Below, piece after piece: positions 63,648-64,000 of a stretch of DNA of 64,000 bases. Within the stretch, counting starts at the first letter, position 1, and each line of letters starts with the position of its first letter. The translations under genes were made by a program, and so were the position numbers. This DNA comes from Phoronis australis (taxonomy: Eukaryota > Animalia > Phoronida). The notes beneath the pieces were generated by a model. The model ran no database searches. It saw only the letters and a program-made list of their open reading frames with translations, and was not told where the DNA came from. The stretch is taken from the NCBI GenBank assembly GCA_002633005.1, contig NMRA01000240.1, forward strand, positions 1-64,000. Reading direction: 5' to 3'.

Positions 63648-64000
63648 CTTACAACCGGTTGGATACAAAGTGAACTAGCAGATCGGTCTAGAGGCCATTA
63701 AACTGGCATATACCAGCGATGTCTTTTTGGTCGTGCCAGTACGGAAAGGTTCCCCAAAATTAGCCAAAGTTCATTCTGGAGATCAGTGTTTTAATTATTT
63801 TTAATTCATGTCATTTGCGTAGGCTATCTATAAAAACAATTACGATGATGGAAACATAAATCATCAATTTCCAAACTTGCGCCGATCGAGCACTACGACA
63901 TATGAAAAAATCTTCGCACAACATGCAATCAATGGTAAACGCACAAAACACATTCACCGTCGAAACATCGCATAGCTGTTATCGGTATCAATGATAGTGG

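Overview
Repeat-rich animal genomic DNA, probably from a marine invertebrate (inferred from spliceosomal introns and the transposon repertoire). No prokaryotic operon, CRISPR array, rRNA or tRNA gene was seen. One host gene can be assembled by eye on the + strand: five exons (1103-1166, 1296-1418, 4306-4422, 37043-37180, 37447-37664) giving about 219 aa. It has a signal peptide, three phase-1 symmetric six-Cys EGF/EB-like modules, one TM helix and an acidic tail. Its 32.6 kb third intron is a nest of transposons: a Gypsy relic; two head-to-head ISL2EU-like relics (DDE transposase plus a convergent spliced SWIM/YqaJ gene); a full-length RTE LINE with a predicted 5' HDV-like ribozyme inserted in the first relic; a LOA-like LINE with intact ORF2, 13-bp TSD and oligo-T tail inserted in the second; and a TTAA-flanked Kolobok element carrying a Harbinger-type MITE. 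Downstream of the gene lie Penelope, Kolobok (P2X7-ballast-like ORF), hAT and Ingi relics, plus an Academ relic interrupted by a full-length Copia element and a probable solo LTR. Two N-separated tandem duplications look like assembly artefacts. All family calls come from motif recognition by eye, not database searches, and relic boundaries are approximate.
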